Shown here: piece after piece, positions 1 to 13,082 of the stretch | Layout of the letters: each line of letters begins with the position of its first letter | How positions within the stretch are numbered: the stretch's first letter is position 1 | NCBI RefSeq assembly: GCF_964213995.1 | Contig: NC_135830.1 | Span: 14,632,001-14,696,000, forward strand | DNA length: 64,000 nucleotides | Direction: 5' to 3' | Source of the DNA: Mustelus asterias | Lineage: Eukaryota | Program-made: the position numbers and the translations under genes | The notes under the pieces: model-generated | The model's input: the letters and a program-made list of their open reading frames with translations, nothing else | Told to the model about the DNA's origin: nothing | The model's database searches: none

Positions 1-131
1 ACATGAGTGCAAAGCATTTTCAATAAACATGTATTTCGCAAGGAATGCTGAATTATCTCGTGTATTCAGCGATTGTGATTAATGTCAGTCAGCACTTAGT
101 TTAATTGTTTCGCTGGGGACATTCCTCGCTC

Positions 132-139
132 TATAAATA
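132..139 (+). promoter_or_regulatory. TATA box candidate for GPCR gene 1
   Basis: TATAAATA about 90 bp upstream of ATG 229, which has a good context (CACCATG). Confidence 0.55.
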
Positions 140-228
140 GGGAATGATTTCATCGTGTGTCATAATATTTCAGTGAGCGCAGTTACCAGTAGAAAGAGCG
201 ATCATTGAATCTCAAAGGCACTCTCACC

Positions 229-325
229 ATGTTATGGATTATTCCACTTGATCTTCGTATTCATTGGGTACTTTACGATATCCAAAAAAATTACTATCCA
301 CTCCTCGCTGGCGTTGGTGTCACTG
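229..325 (+). CDS. GPR139/GPR142-like orphan GPCR gene 1, coding exon 1
   Basis: MLWIIPLDLRIHWVLYDIQKNYYPLLAGVGVT then a phase-1 donor G|GTGAG at 326. YYP-x-L-A-x-x-G-V is the TM1 start, as in gene 2 exon 1. Confidence 0.85.
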
Positions 326-1679
326 GTGAGTTATTTCACTGCATTTATCACCCGGTCCATGAGATGCAGTTATGGACAGCATTCTGTGTAACCTTAATAG
401 CCTGTATCTGCTAATGCCCTGGGAGCATTTCATATAATATTTGATCTCTAGCAGGCTCAATGGTCGCAGCTCCACAAATAGTTTGAAGCAGCCAACATGC
501 ATGGCTGCAGTTATTTTGCTTTAGATTTGAATAAATGTGGAGATAATCATTGAAAATATATTCAACCTTCAGTTCCCTTTCATGGGAAGACGCAGATTGC
601 TTTCCAGACTGAATCACAGTAGGAACCAGGAAAATGTATAGCAAGAGGCTTTTGAACCTTGCTGTATGTTGTTAAAGTTGCTGATCCGTGAAAAGTAGCG
701 CTGGCAGATATACCGCAATTAAACTCAGATATATGCAGCAATTTCCAATGCAATTCACATTTTCCTGCTCTGCTTCCTCATTATGGAATCTATATAGCAG
801 GATAGAAATGGAACTAAAACACTGTTCCAGTGAAATTATTATTTCATTTCCCGATTATTGCTGAAAGAGACGTTTTACCTTTTTTTTCGACTTACGCATT
901 GTAAGAGACCTTTAAAGAAATGACCAACTCTAACACGAGAACAATATTTCAGGTTATTTGAGAAGATAGAGTTGATTGGTTGGCAAGTAGATTCTGATGG
1001 GCGGAAATTTAAACTGATGAAGGTTTTTGCAGGAGCTGAGCCTAGAATGATCCTCTGGCAACACCATCTATTCGGGCCTCATTTGTGTCCCTACCTCACA
1101 CAAATGAGTTGCTATATTCTTAATTTCAATGAATGACGATTCATTCGACCACCATGTCAGTCAATGTTTTTGACTCCTTGAGTGGTACATTTGTGAACAA
1201 GCTGACAATATTGATCGATGCATGAACACAGAATTGCTATCGATATGCAGGTGCTGTGAGATGTTGGAAATGTTGATGGATCCTTCAGTGTGTTTGTGGG
1301 AAACTTGCTCAGATCTGTTTGTAGTTCCTCGCAAAACTATTTGGTCAATTCGTGTTGTGCTCTATCAGTCATAATAAAGATGGTCTGGAACAGCACACTA
1401 CTTCTGCGAGTGTTCACCAGTCCATACATCCAAAGACTCAATGAGGTGAGGACAAATCATATCCCACAAACGAACAGACATTTTGCTCCTTGTTCCTTTT
1501 ATAACTTGATTTCGAGCAGGGCTCTCCGTTTATGCAAAGTGGCAGTTCAATGGATATTTGGATCCATCTTCGTGCATGCAGTCAGTTTTCTTGATATTGT
1601 CACCATTGTTCGGGATGATTATTTCAGTTGCTTTGCCGGGATTAAAGATATTGAAGTCTGGAGGAAGGCAAGAAATGAT

Positions 1680-4600
1680 GTACCAAGTGATGGAGAGGAA
1701 AAGATTGCAAAGATGATTCTGGATCGGAGTGAAAGTAACAGGTTGTTGTACTGGGGGACTTTAACTTTACAAATATTGACTGGAAAAGCTATAGTTCGAG
1801 TACTTTAGAGGGGTCGGTATTTGTCCAGTGTGTGCAGGAAGGCTTCCTGACGCAGTATGTAGATAGACCAACAAGAGGCGAGGCCACATTGGATTTGGTA
1901 CTGGGTAATGAACCAGGCCAGGTGTTAGATTTGGAGGTAAGTGCGCACTTTGGTGACAGTGAACACAATTCGATTACGTTTACCTTAGCAATGGAAAAGG
2001 ATAGGTATATACTAAAGGGCAAGAGTTATAGCTGGGGGAAAGGAAATTATGATGCGATTAGGCGAGATTCAGCTGGCATAGGTTGGGGAAGGAAACTGCA
2101 GGGGATGGGCACAATTGTCATGTGGAACTTGTTCAAGGAACAGCTACTACACGTCCTTGATAAATATGTACCTGTCAGGCAGGGAGGAAGCAGACGTGTG
2201 AGGGAACCGTGGTTTACTAAGGAGGTTGAATCTCTTGTCAAGAGGAAGAAGGAGACTTATGTTAAGATGAGACGTGAAGGCTCAGTTAGGGCACTTGAGA
2301 GTTACAGGTTAGCCAGGAAGGACGTACAGGAAGAGTTAAGAAGAGCCAGGAGGGGACATGAGAAGTCATTGGCAGGTAGGATCAAGGAAAACCCTAAAGC
2401 TTTCTATAGGTATGTCAGGAGTAAAAGAATGACGAGGGTAAGATTAGGGCCAGTCAAGGACAGCAGTGGGAAGTTGTGCGGGGAGTCTGAAGAGATAGGA
2501 GAGGCACTAAATGAATATTTTTCGTCGGTGTTCACACTGGAGAGGGACAGTGTTGTCGAGGGGAGTACTGAGATGCAGGCTGTTGGACTGGATGGGATTG
2601 ATGTTCATAAGGAGGAGGTGTTAGCAATTCTGGAAAGGGTAAAAATAGATAAGTCCCCTCGGCCGGATGGGATTTATCCTAGAATTCTCTGGGATGCTAG
2701 AGAGGTGATTGCAGAGCCTTTGGCTTTGATCTTTGCATCGTCATTGTCTACAGGAACAGTTCCAGAAGACTGGAGGATAGCAAATGTTGTCCCCTTGTTC
2801 AAGAAGGGGAGTAGGGACAACCCTGGTAATTATAGACCGGTGAGCCTTACTTCTGTTGTGGGGAAATTATTGGAAAGGAATACAAGAGAAAGGATTTATA
2901 ATTACCTGGAAATGAATAATTTGATTTTGGTTTTGTGAAGGGGAGGTCGTGCCTCACAAACCTTGTTGAGTTCTTTGAGAAGGTGACCAAAGAGGTGGAT
3001 GAGGATAAAGCGGTTGATGTGGTGTATATGGATTTCAGCAAAGCGTTTGATAAGGTTCCCCATGGTAAGCTTTTGCAGAAAATACGGACACATGGGATTG
3101 AGGGTGATTTAGTGGTTTGGATCAGGAATTGGCTAGCTGTAAGAAAACAGAGGGTGGTGATTGATGGGAAATTTTCATCCTGGAGTTCAGTTACTAGTGG
3201 TGTACTACAAGGACCTGTTTTGGGGCCACTGCTGTTTGTCATTTTTATTAATGACCTGGATGACGGCGTTGAAGGATGGATTAGTAAATTTGCGGATGAC
3301 ACTAAAGTCGGTGGAGTTGTAGACAGTGCGGAGGGAAGTGGCAGGGTACAGAGGGACATAGATAAGCTGCAGGGCTGGGCTGACAGGTGGCAAATGGAGT
3401 TTAATGCGGAAAAGTGTGAGGTGATTCACTTTGGAAGGAGTAACAGGAATACAGAGTACTGGGATAATGGTGAGATACTTGGTAGTGTGGATGAACAGAG
3501 AGATCTGGGTGTCCATGTGCATAGATCCCTGAAAGTTGGCACCCAGGTTGATAGGGTTGTTAAGAAGGTGTATGGTGTGTTAGCTTTTATTGGTAGAGGG
3601 ATTGAGTTTCGGAGCCAGGAGGTCATGCTGCAACTGTACAAAACTTTGGTGCGGCCGCATCTGGAGTATTGCGTACAGTTCTGATATCCATATTATAGGA
3701 AAGATGGGGAAGTGTTGGAAAGGGTGCAGAGGAGAATTACCAGGATGTTGCCTGGTATGGTGGGAAAATCGTATGAAGAAAGGCTGAGGGGCTTGAGGTT
3801 GTTTTCGTTAGAGAGAAGAAGGTTAAGAGGTGACTTAATAGAGGCATACAAGATGATCAGAGGGTTAGATAGGGTGGATAGTGAGAGCCTTTTTCCTCGG
3901 ATGGTGTTAGCTAGCAAGAGAGGACATAGCCTTAAATTGAGGGGTGAGAGAAATAGGACAGATATTAGAGGTAGGTTCTTTACTCAGAGAGTAGTAAGGG
4001 CGTGGAATGCATTGCCTGCAGCAGTACTGGACTCGTCAACATTAAGAGCATTCAAATGGTTATTGGATAAACATATGGATAGAACATAGAACATAGAACA
4101 GTACAGCACAGAACAGGCCCTTCGACCCACGATGTTGTGCCGAGCTTTATCTGAAACCAAGATCAAGCTATCCCACTCCCTATCATCCTGGTGTGCTCCA
4201 TGTGCCTATCCAATAACCGCTTAAATGTTCCTAAAGTGTCTGACTCCACTATCACTGCAGGCAGTCCATTCCACACCCCAACCACTCTCTGCGTAAAACA
4301 CCTACCTCTGATATCCTTCCTATATCTCCCACCAGGAACCCTATAGTTATGCCCCCTTGTAATAGCTCCATCCACCCGAGGAAATAGTCTTTGAACGTTC
4401 ACTCTATCTATCCCCTTCATCATTTTATAAACCTCTATTAAGTTTCCCCTCAACCTCCTCCGCTCCAGAGAGAACAGCCCTAGCTCCCTCAACCTTTCCT
4501 CATAAGACCTACCCTCCAAACCAGGCAGCATCCTGGTAAATCTCCTCTGCACTCTTTCCAGCGCTTCCACATCCTTCTTATAGTGAGGTGACCAGAACTG

Positions 4601-4854
4601 CACACAATATTCCAAATGTGGCCTCACCAAGGTCCTGTACAGTTGCAGCATAACCCCACGGCTCTTAAACTCCAACCCCCTGTTAATAAAAGCTAACACA
4701 CTATAGGCATTCTTCACCGCTCTATCCACTTGAGTGGCAAATGATATTGGAAGCGTGTAGATTAGATAGGCTTTAGATTGGTTCCACTGGTCGGCGCAAC
4801 ATCGAGGGCCGAAGAGCCTGTACTGCGCTCTAATGTTCTATGTTCTATGTTCTA
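1680..4854 (+). mobile_element. CR1-type LINE, 5'-truncated and frameshifted, in the intron of GPCR gene 1; its 3' end is split by an inverted CR1
   Basis: ORFs 1832-2938, 2935-3684 and 3712-4089 give the APE C-terminus and RT ([13 protein letters not shown]). 3' UTR and (TGTTCTA)n tail at 4741-4854. Confidence 0.93.
4081..4740 (-). mobile_element. CR1 3' fragment inserted in opposite orientation into the previous CR1
   Basis: ORF 4163-4729 (RPHLEYCVQFWSP) with its own tail repeat at 4081-4100; host reading KHMD|DIGSV* resumes at 4743. Confidence 0.9.
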
Positions 4855-6324
4855 ACTCAACTGGTCTGGTCTGCCAGCATCTGTTGAGAAAGAATAGAGG
4901 AAACGTTTTGACTCTGGGTTATCCTTCTTCTAGGCTGTTCCCATGACAACAACATCAATTCGGACCTTCATTGTGTTGCTACCTCTCAAAGATAAGTTGC
5001 TAAATTCATAATTTGATTTGTGAATTATTGAAGTCTGGATCAAACTTCAGGCCTATTCGCTTCTCACCATTCGCACTGCATGTGAAAATCGCCTGCAATT
5101 TTCTGACTCACCTTGATTACCCGATTCGTATTATTTTAAATGTCCAGTTGAAAAAGAACGAATTTAATTTATATTTCTAATTACCTGTTGTTCCTCTGCC
5201 ATGCCAGCAATAATTTAATTAGCTCAGAAATATATTTTTAACAATATATGGTTCGACTATCTGCAAATTCCACACTTATTTGGGAGCAGAGAGGAATGTG
5301 ATTACTCAGGTCGAGGGCATAAGTGAGTAACGGGAGGACTGTGTTAATGCAGCAACTCACCAGGCGATAGTTTTGGCTTGTCTTGTCCACCGTCTGTGTT
5401 GCAATAAAGGGACTGAAAGAGCTTAAGCGAACAATGTAACATGTCAGGACAATGAAAAGCGAATATGGAGATGTGATCGATTGTATTATTCTGATCTCTC
5501 ATTTATGGCTGTTGAGATGTATTGTGATTCCACATTTGCTGTGGATTAGAAGTAGTGATCAAAGTTTGAACTGTTACTAGGCCTGTAAACAATCCACTGT
5601 GTTCATACGAGATAATCGGTCTGATTTACCCATGAGTTCACAGGGCATCCGAAATTCAATAGATATCCTACTGCTGATTGGATTGTGCATTTCGATGTCC
5701 CGTTATGATTATGACGTTCCAACAACTGATGTCTGTAAACTCTGAGAATCAAAGTAATGTTCTTATCAAATGTACCATCTCAGTGCTAAACAATGAATCA
5801 AAATATAATTCAAGCTATGTCCTCTCAGGGTGAATTTATTGTGGAAATTTATGTTCGCGCTGTTTCAAAGGAGACAGATTTGAAACGGTATTATAAGTCT
5901 GTGAAATATGATACTGTTTTATTTAATGATCGTTCGTAACGCCATTTCTGTGTCGCTCTTTAATGCAAAAGTTCTATTTTTGCATTATCTTCTAACGGCT
6001 GTATAATATTTGAGATGTAATATCGGCTTCTCTCAATGTCCCACGGATACAATTTTCCATTTATCCTTAATACATGTTGATGGTTGACTTTATGTCAGGT
6101 TTCATCACTTTCATTTCACAGCAACTTCACAGGTAGCCTTAAGAAGCGACTTGATCTGCTGTGCAGGTCGACAGCTCTCAAACTGGCCAATTGTCAGGGT
6201 CAGCAACTTTCCCTGTTCCCAATTCGTTCAAATTCGTCTAAGCATCATGCGAAGGGAAATGGGTTAGCTGTACAACGTTCGCTGTGATGGTTCAGGTCTC
6301 AGGAGGAATAGTTTATTTAAGTTT

Positions 6325-6490
6325 TAAGTTTATTTATTAGTGTCACAAGTAGACTTATATTAACATTACAATGAAGTTACTGTGAAAGTCCCCTAGTCAC
6401 CACATTCCGGCGCCTGTTTGTGTACACTGAGGGAGAAGTTAGCATGGCCAATGCACCGAATCAACATGTCTTTCGGATTGTGGGAGGAAA
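6325..6490 (-). mobile_element. HE1/V-SINE-type SINE, 3' part
   Basis: Matches the 3' part of the SINE at 39630-39930 (ttagcatggccaatgcacc, tttatttattagtgtcacaagtag). Confidence 0.65.
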
Positions 6491-6739
6491 CACTGAAATG
6501 TGAGCGTATTGGTGCGTGGCAGTGAGGCTGTATGAAATCTGATGCTGGAAGTGAAACCACTTCCCACCACAAAAATACACACAACAACTCTCTCTCATAC
6601 ACAACCCCACTCTATTCCTCTAACATGATACATATATATATCTCCCACGCAATTACTCTCTCTCACAAACAATCTCTCGCACACGCACAATTCTTAAAAA
6701 CAATCTGGCACACACTCTCGCGTTCACGCACAACGTCTC

Positions 6740-8795
6740 CCACAAATGCACAATCAATCACTAGATTGGGGGAGTCTATTGGCAGGCAAATTGACGTCTG
6801 GTAAGTGGAAGTCTTTAAACAGTGTGTGAACAAATGTTCAGGGTAAACACATTCCTTTTAGGGTGAAGAGCAAGGCTGGTAGAAATAGGGAACCCTGGAT
6901 GACTTGGGATATTGAGGCCCTGGTCAAGAAGCAAAAAGCATAGGCAACTGGGATCAACTGGATCCCTTGAATTGTATAGAGGGTGTTGGGGTAAACTTAA
7001 GAGAGAAATCAGGAGAACAAAAAAGGGACACGAGATTGCTTTGGCAGATAACGTCAAGGGGAATCCATGGAGCTTCTACAAACACACAAAGTGCAAAAGA
7101 GTGACTGAGGAGATAATAGGGCCTCTTAAGAATAAACAAGATCATCTATGTGCGGATCCACAAGAGATGGGTGAGATCCTAAATGAATATTTCTCATCAG
7201 TATTTGCTGCTGAGAAAGGCATGGATGTTAGGAAACTTGGGGAAATAAATAGGATGTCTTGCGGAGTGCAGATATTATAGAGAAGGAGGCAGTGTAGTCG
7301 ATGACGTCGATATGGATTTTAACAAGGCAATTGGCAGGGTACCGCATGGAAGGTTGTTGCATAAAATTTAATCTCAATGGATGCACGGTGAGGTAGCCAA
7401 TTGGATACAAAACGAACTCGAAGACAGAAGGCAGTGGGTGATTGTACAAGATTGCTTTTCAAACTGGACGCCTGTGACCAGCGCTGTGCCTCCTGGATCT
7501 GTGCTGGGTCCACTGGCATATGTCATTTAAATTAATGATTTGGATGAGAATTTAGAAGGCATGGTTAGTACGTTTGCAGAAGGCAGTAAAATTGGTAGCA
7601 CAGTTGACAATGTAAAGGTTATTTAGGATTGCCACGTGCTCTTGAACAGCTGGGCCAATGGGATGATGTATGGCAGATTGAGTTTAATTTAGATAAATAT
7701 GAGGTGATGCATTTTCGCAGATCGAACCTGAGCAACATGTACCCAGAAAATTGAAGGGCGTTGAGAGAGTTATAGAACAAATATATCTCATGCCATATAT
7801 CTCCTTGAAAGTGGAGTCACAGGTGGACAGAGTGATGAAGAAGGCACTCGGCATGCTTGGTTTCGTTGGTCAGAAAATTGAATGCAGAAGTTGGGACGTC
7901 TCATTGAAGTTGCACGAAACATTGGTAACGCCGCACATGTAATATGATGTCCAATTATAGTCACCCTATTATACAAAAAATACTATTAAGTTGGAAAGAA
8001 TGCGAAGCAAATATAGTCTGTTGCTACCGGGAATTGATGGTTTGAGTTATTAACAGAGGGTGGATAGACTTTCCTTCCCTGGAGCAGTGGAGTCTTATAT
8101 CAAAGCATCCCTACAGTGCAGGAGGAGGCCATTTTGCCCATCGAGTCTGTACCCAGCACAATCCTACCCAGCCCCTATCCCTGTGACCCCAAGCATTGAC
8201 AATGCTAGTCCCACTGACGCTCCGTGGCAATTTACTATGTCCAATCAACCTAACCTGCACATCTTTGAACTGTGTGAGGAAAGCTGAGCACCCAGAGGAA
8301 ACACACACAGGCACAGGGAGAATGTGCAAATTCCACACAGACACAAGCTGGGAATCCAACCCAGGTCCATGGCGCTATGAGGCAGCAATGCCAACCACTG
8401 TGCCACTGTGCGGCCCAGGGGTGATCTAATAGAAGTCTCTAAAATAATGAGGGGCATAGATGGTGTCGATAGTGAACATCTTTTCCCAAATGTAGGGGAG
8501 TCTGAAAGGAGAGGGCATAAGATTACGATGAGAGGGGAGAGATACAAAAGGGTCCAGAGGGTCGATTTTTCTCATAGAGGGCGGTGAGTGTCTGGAACGA
8601 ACTGCCAGAGGTAGTTGTAGAGGCGAGTACAATTTTGTTTTTGAAAAACCATTTAGAAAGTTACCTGGGTCAGAATGGTGTCGAGGTATATGGGCCAAAT
8701 GCAGGCAGTTGGTACCAGGTTAATGGTTAAAAACTGGGCAGCGTGGACAAATTCGGCCAAATGGCCGTGCTGCAAAAAACTTTGACTCTATTACT
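6740..8795 (+). mobile_element. Degraded CR1 LINE remnant interrupted by a SINE
   Basis: Broken ORF2 motifs ([20 protein letters not shown]) and a decayed 3' end at 8420-8795. Confidence 0.8.
8105..8415 (-). mobile_element. HE1/V-SINE-type tRNA-derived SINE
   Basis: tRNA-like head (gcacagtggcacagtggttggc), V-domain (tttgcacattctccc...tttcctctgggtgctc) and CR1-like 3' end. Confidence 0.85.
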
Positions 8796-8804
8796 CTATG
8801 ACAT

Positions 8805-8833
8805 ACACACAGGCGCACACGGACGCACGCGCG

Positions 8834-8873
<40 letters not shown>

Positions 8874-8893
8874 TACACACACAGACACACACA
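8805..8893. repeat. (CG)n/(CA)n microsatellite
   Basis: Directly visible. Confidence 0.95.
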
Positions 8894-9500
8894 TGGACAA
8901 ACTCGCAAGAATAGTCAGGCTCTATTGCAGCTCCGTCACGTAATCCACCCACTATGAAAGCACCGTTAGCTGCTCCAGTAACCTCCGACCTCCGCCCTCC
9001 GCACCTGCCCCGAAGAGCCCCCCATTCTTCTCCAGACACCAAGCAGCCAGCTACTCCCCCCACCCCCCATCCCCGACTGTCACTTTGACACTTCCCGTCG
9101 AAGTGACAAAGCCCAGCTTCGCGATTCACAAGCAAGTCCAAAGCAACTGATCCAAGATGAATAAATGGACAGTTTTTAGCACAGACACAGCAGTGCCTAG
9201 CACCAGAAACACGTTTGTGTAGCATTTCAGCCAAAAATATTATGTCTCCCAAAGGGAACTTCTGCACAAGGCAGCAAATAGATTACATCTGTTGGTCAAT
9301 TGTATTTTTTGTTACATCAATGCGGTGTTTTATTCCTTTAACCTCTGTCTCCAGCTGAAAGAGAGGTTACAGGTGAAGTCATTCTGTTCTGAGGCTGGAC
9401 TCTGTAAGAAAAAGCAGCAAATGTTCCACAGGACCCTGATAGATCGCTGCCCCTGTTCTCAGTCTGAAATATGAGTTAATTGTGCCTCTCTTCCTTACAG

Positions 9501-10408
9501 TTAACTTACTGACGATTCTTATCCTATCACGAGGAAGATGTGGGCTTTCCAAATGTGTCACACGTTACCTAACTTCCATGTCAGCGGCAGATCTACTGGT
9601 CGTTATAATGGATCTCATATTGAGACACATTCCTATCCGTTTTCTTCATCAATTTCTGTTCATGGCTCACATTAGAGTGTGTAATATCCATGCTGTCCTA
9701 CTTTACGCAATCACTGATTGTTCTGTCTGGTTCACTGTCGCTTTCACCTTTGATCGTTTCGTGGCCATTGCTTGTCAGAAACTGAAAATAAAACACTGCA
9801 CCGAGAAAACGGCAGCTGTGGTTCTCGGAACAGTGAGTGTGGTGTTCAGTGTAAAGAACACTTTCTGGTACTTCATGTGTGGGGATACATATTATTTCGC
9901 AAATAATCCTTGGTTTTGTTTTGTACATTCTGATGTTACAGAATCAGGTGTGTGGGCAGCAGTTGAAACTGTACACTATATTTTAACTCCATTTGTTCCA
10001 TTCTTGTTGATTCTGCTGCTCAATGTTATAACCGTTAAACACATTTTAGTGTCGAGCAAAGTCCGCAGGAGACTTCGGAGCCACAAGAGTGGGGGAAGTC
10101 AAAGTGACCCAGAGATAGAAAAGAGAAGGAAATCCATTATCTTACTGTTTGCAATATCGGGAAATTTCATCTTGTTATGGTCAGTGTTCCTCATCTATTC
10201 GTTTTGTAGCCGATTGGAGCGTATCAGATTAATTAGTACAATTTTGCCCGAATTTGTGCAGGAACTGGGATTTATGCTGCAACTCCTGAGTTGCTGCACC
10301 AACACATGCATTTATGCCGTGACCCAGGCACAATTCAGAGAGGATCTGAAGAATGTGGTGAAACTTCCATTTACTGGAATTGTGCAGTTCATTAAAACAG
10401 TGATCTGA
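9501..10408 (+). CDS. GPR139/GPR142-like orphan GPCR gene 1, coding exon 2 (spliced protein 334 aa)
   Basis: Acceptor ttccttacag| at 9500. Joins exon 1 in frame (97+908=1005 nt, ...GVT-V-NLLTILILSRGRCGLSK). 7TM pattern with FTFDRFVAI, TPFVPF and LLSCCTNTCIY; AATAAA at 10437-10442. Confidence 0.9.
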
Positions 10409-10719
10409 AAGTCAGTCATTATAACTCACTTACCTGAATAAAACCATCTCGCAGTGGGGTCACTTTTCCATTCATCAACCAGACTTAGCGATGGAGATGG
10501 ATTTAAAATTTGAAAAAGAATGTCCAAACATTTTAATCTGGATTTCAGTCAGGTAGACCCTCGCATTCAACACGGACTGGACACATTGATTTCTAGAATC
10601 GATTCCCCTCTTCGTTTGGGAGGGGGACACTGGATGCAGCATTTTACATCAGCTCCAACCTACCTCCATGCTCCAAAAGAAAGAGAACTCTGTTTTGGCC
10701 TCAGTCCCATCAACGCTTC

Positions 10720-12095
10720 ATCATCCAGCCCAACTCCTCCCCCAAACAACTACCATCCAAACAATACCACACCCCCCAACATCCACACAAAATCCTCGCT
10801 ATTCACCATGCACCCCAACACATCCCCTAACCTCCTCCAATCCAACCCAACCTCGCACCTCCTACCATCCACTCGAGCTCCCCACCCTTCACCATCCAGC
10901 CCAACTCCTGCCAAAAACTCCTACCATCCAACCCATCCTGACACCATCCACCATTCATGCCATATCCACGCCCTCCTCCATCGAACCCAACTCTCCACCC
11001 TTCACCACCCAGCCCAACTCATCCCCCAAACGCCCACCATCCAATGCAACCCCACGGCCTCCTACCATTCACTCCAACTCCCCACCCTTCTCTATCACCC
11101 CCAACTCCTCCACTCAACAGCCATCATCCAACCCAATCGCACAAATCCAACCTTGCACTCCAACTCCACACCCTCCACACTACCCAGTCCACCTCTCTAC
11201 CCTGCACTTTCCACCTCAACTCCTCCACTCAAAAGCCACAATCCAACCCAACGCACACCTCACGCCATCTACTCCAACTCGACACTCTCCACCATCCACA
11301 CCAACTCTTACACCAAACTCCCACCATCAAACACAACCCCACACCTTCCACCATCCACTCCAAATCCTCGCCATTCACCATCCACCCCAACTGCTCCACC
11401 AAGCCCCCATCATCCAACCTAACCCCACACCTTCAACCATCGCCTCCACCTCCACATCCTTCACCATCCACCCGAACCCGTCACCAAACTAGTACCATCC
11501 AACCCAACCACACACCATCCACTCCAACTCCCCACAATTCACCATCCACCCCAATTCATCCCCCAAACTCCCAACATCCAACCGGACCCCACACCTCCCA
11601 ACATCCACTCCACATTCCCACACTTCACCATTCATCCCAACTGCTCCCGCAAACCCCCACCATCCAACCCAACCCCACAACTCCCATCATTCACTCGAAC
11701 TCCCCATCCATCACGATCCACTCCAACTCCTCCATGAAACTCCCACCATCCAAGACAACCCCGCAAGTCCCACAATGCATTCCATCTTCCCACCCTTCAC
11801 TATCCACCTTAACACCTCCCGGAATCACCCACCATTCAAACCCAAATCACACCTCCACCATCCGCTCCAAATCCCCAACATTCACCATCCTCTCCAACTC
11901 CTCCCACAAACCCCCACCATCCCACTCAACACCGCCACTCCCACCATCCACTGCATCTCCCCACCATTCAGGCAACTCCTTCCCCAAACTCCCACCATTC
12001 TAATCAACAACAAACCTCCACCATCCACTCCAACATCCCACTCTTTACCATCCACCCAACCCGAACCCTCCACCGCCTCCCCATCCCAACACAGA
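10720..12095. repeat. C/A-rich degenerate minisatellite / low-complexity tract (G-rich on the minus strand)
   Basis: Recurring caccatccac(c/t)ccaactcc and ccatccaacccaacc motifs with very few G on the + strand. Confidence 0.9.
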
Positions 12096-12354
12096 CTCCT
12101 GATGACTTTACACTTGGAAAATTTAAGTTGATTATTTCTGCCTCTAATAGTATACCGATAAGGTTTTCCAATTGAACGTTTGTGTCCGATTATAATTCAG
12201 CAAATACGATTTGAAGGCAGGGTTTTCAGAATGGACATATTGTTCTCTTCTTTTCGACAATTCGAGCATTGGCAATGCAGTTGGTACAATTTGCTAACAA
12301 TGCAAAGAAGTGGCCAGTAAATCATTCGAAAACTCCCATGGAATTTCTAGCATT

Positions 12355-13082
12355 ATACAGTAAATGGCAGAACCCTTCCGTGTATTGGTAGGCAATGGGA
12401 TGTGGGTGCACAGGTCACTGAAAGTGGCAACGCAGGTGGAGAAGGTAGTCAAGAAGGCATATGGCATGCTTGCCTTCATCGGCCTAAGCATTGAGTTTAA
12501 CAATTGGCAAGTAATGTTGCAGCTTTATATAACCTTAGTTAGGCCGCACTTGGAACATAGTGTTGAATTCTGGTCGCCAGTCTGCCAGAAGAATATCGAG
12601 TCTTTGGAGAGGGTACAGAAAAGATTTACCAGGATGTTGCCTGGTATGGAGGGCATTAGCTATGAAGAGAGTTGGGAGAAACTTGGTTTGTTTTCACTGG
12701 AGCGACGGAGGTTGAGGTCTATAAGACGATGAAAGGCATGGACAGAGTGGATAGTCAGAAGCATTTTTCCCAGTGTGGGAGAGTCGATTACTAGGGGGCA
12801 TAGGTTTAAGGTGCGAGGGGCAAGATTTAAAGAAGATGTACGAGGCAGATTTTTTCACACAGAGGGTGGTGAGTGCCTGGAACTCGCTGCCGGGGAGGTA
12901 GTGGAAGTGGATACTGTAGTGGCTTTTAAGGGGAGTCTTGACAAATACATAAATAGAATGGGAAGAGAGGGATATGGTCCCCGGGAAGGTGAGGGGCTTT
13001 AGTTAAGTTAGGTAGCATGGTCGGTGCGGCCTTGGAGGGCCTGTTCCTGTGCTGTAATTTTCTTTGCTTTTCTTTGTTCTAT
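12355..13082 (+). mobile_element. CR1 3' fragment
   Basis: ORF 12364-12732 (VHRSLKVATQVEKVVKKAYG) plus 3' UTR and tail. Confidence 0.9.

Noticed and set aside
1290-1808. 172-aa ORF
   Set aside because: Non-ATG start and chance read-through into the CR1 5' end inside an intron
10520-12131. Long Pro/His/Thr-rich ORFs in all three + frames
   Set aside because: Artefact of the C/A-rich repeat, which depletes stop codons; no domain or splice structure
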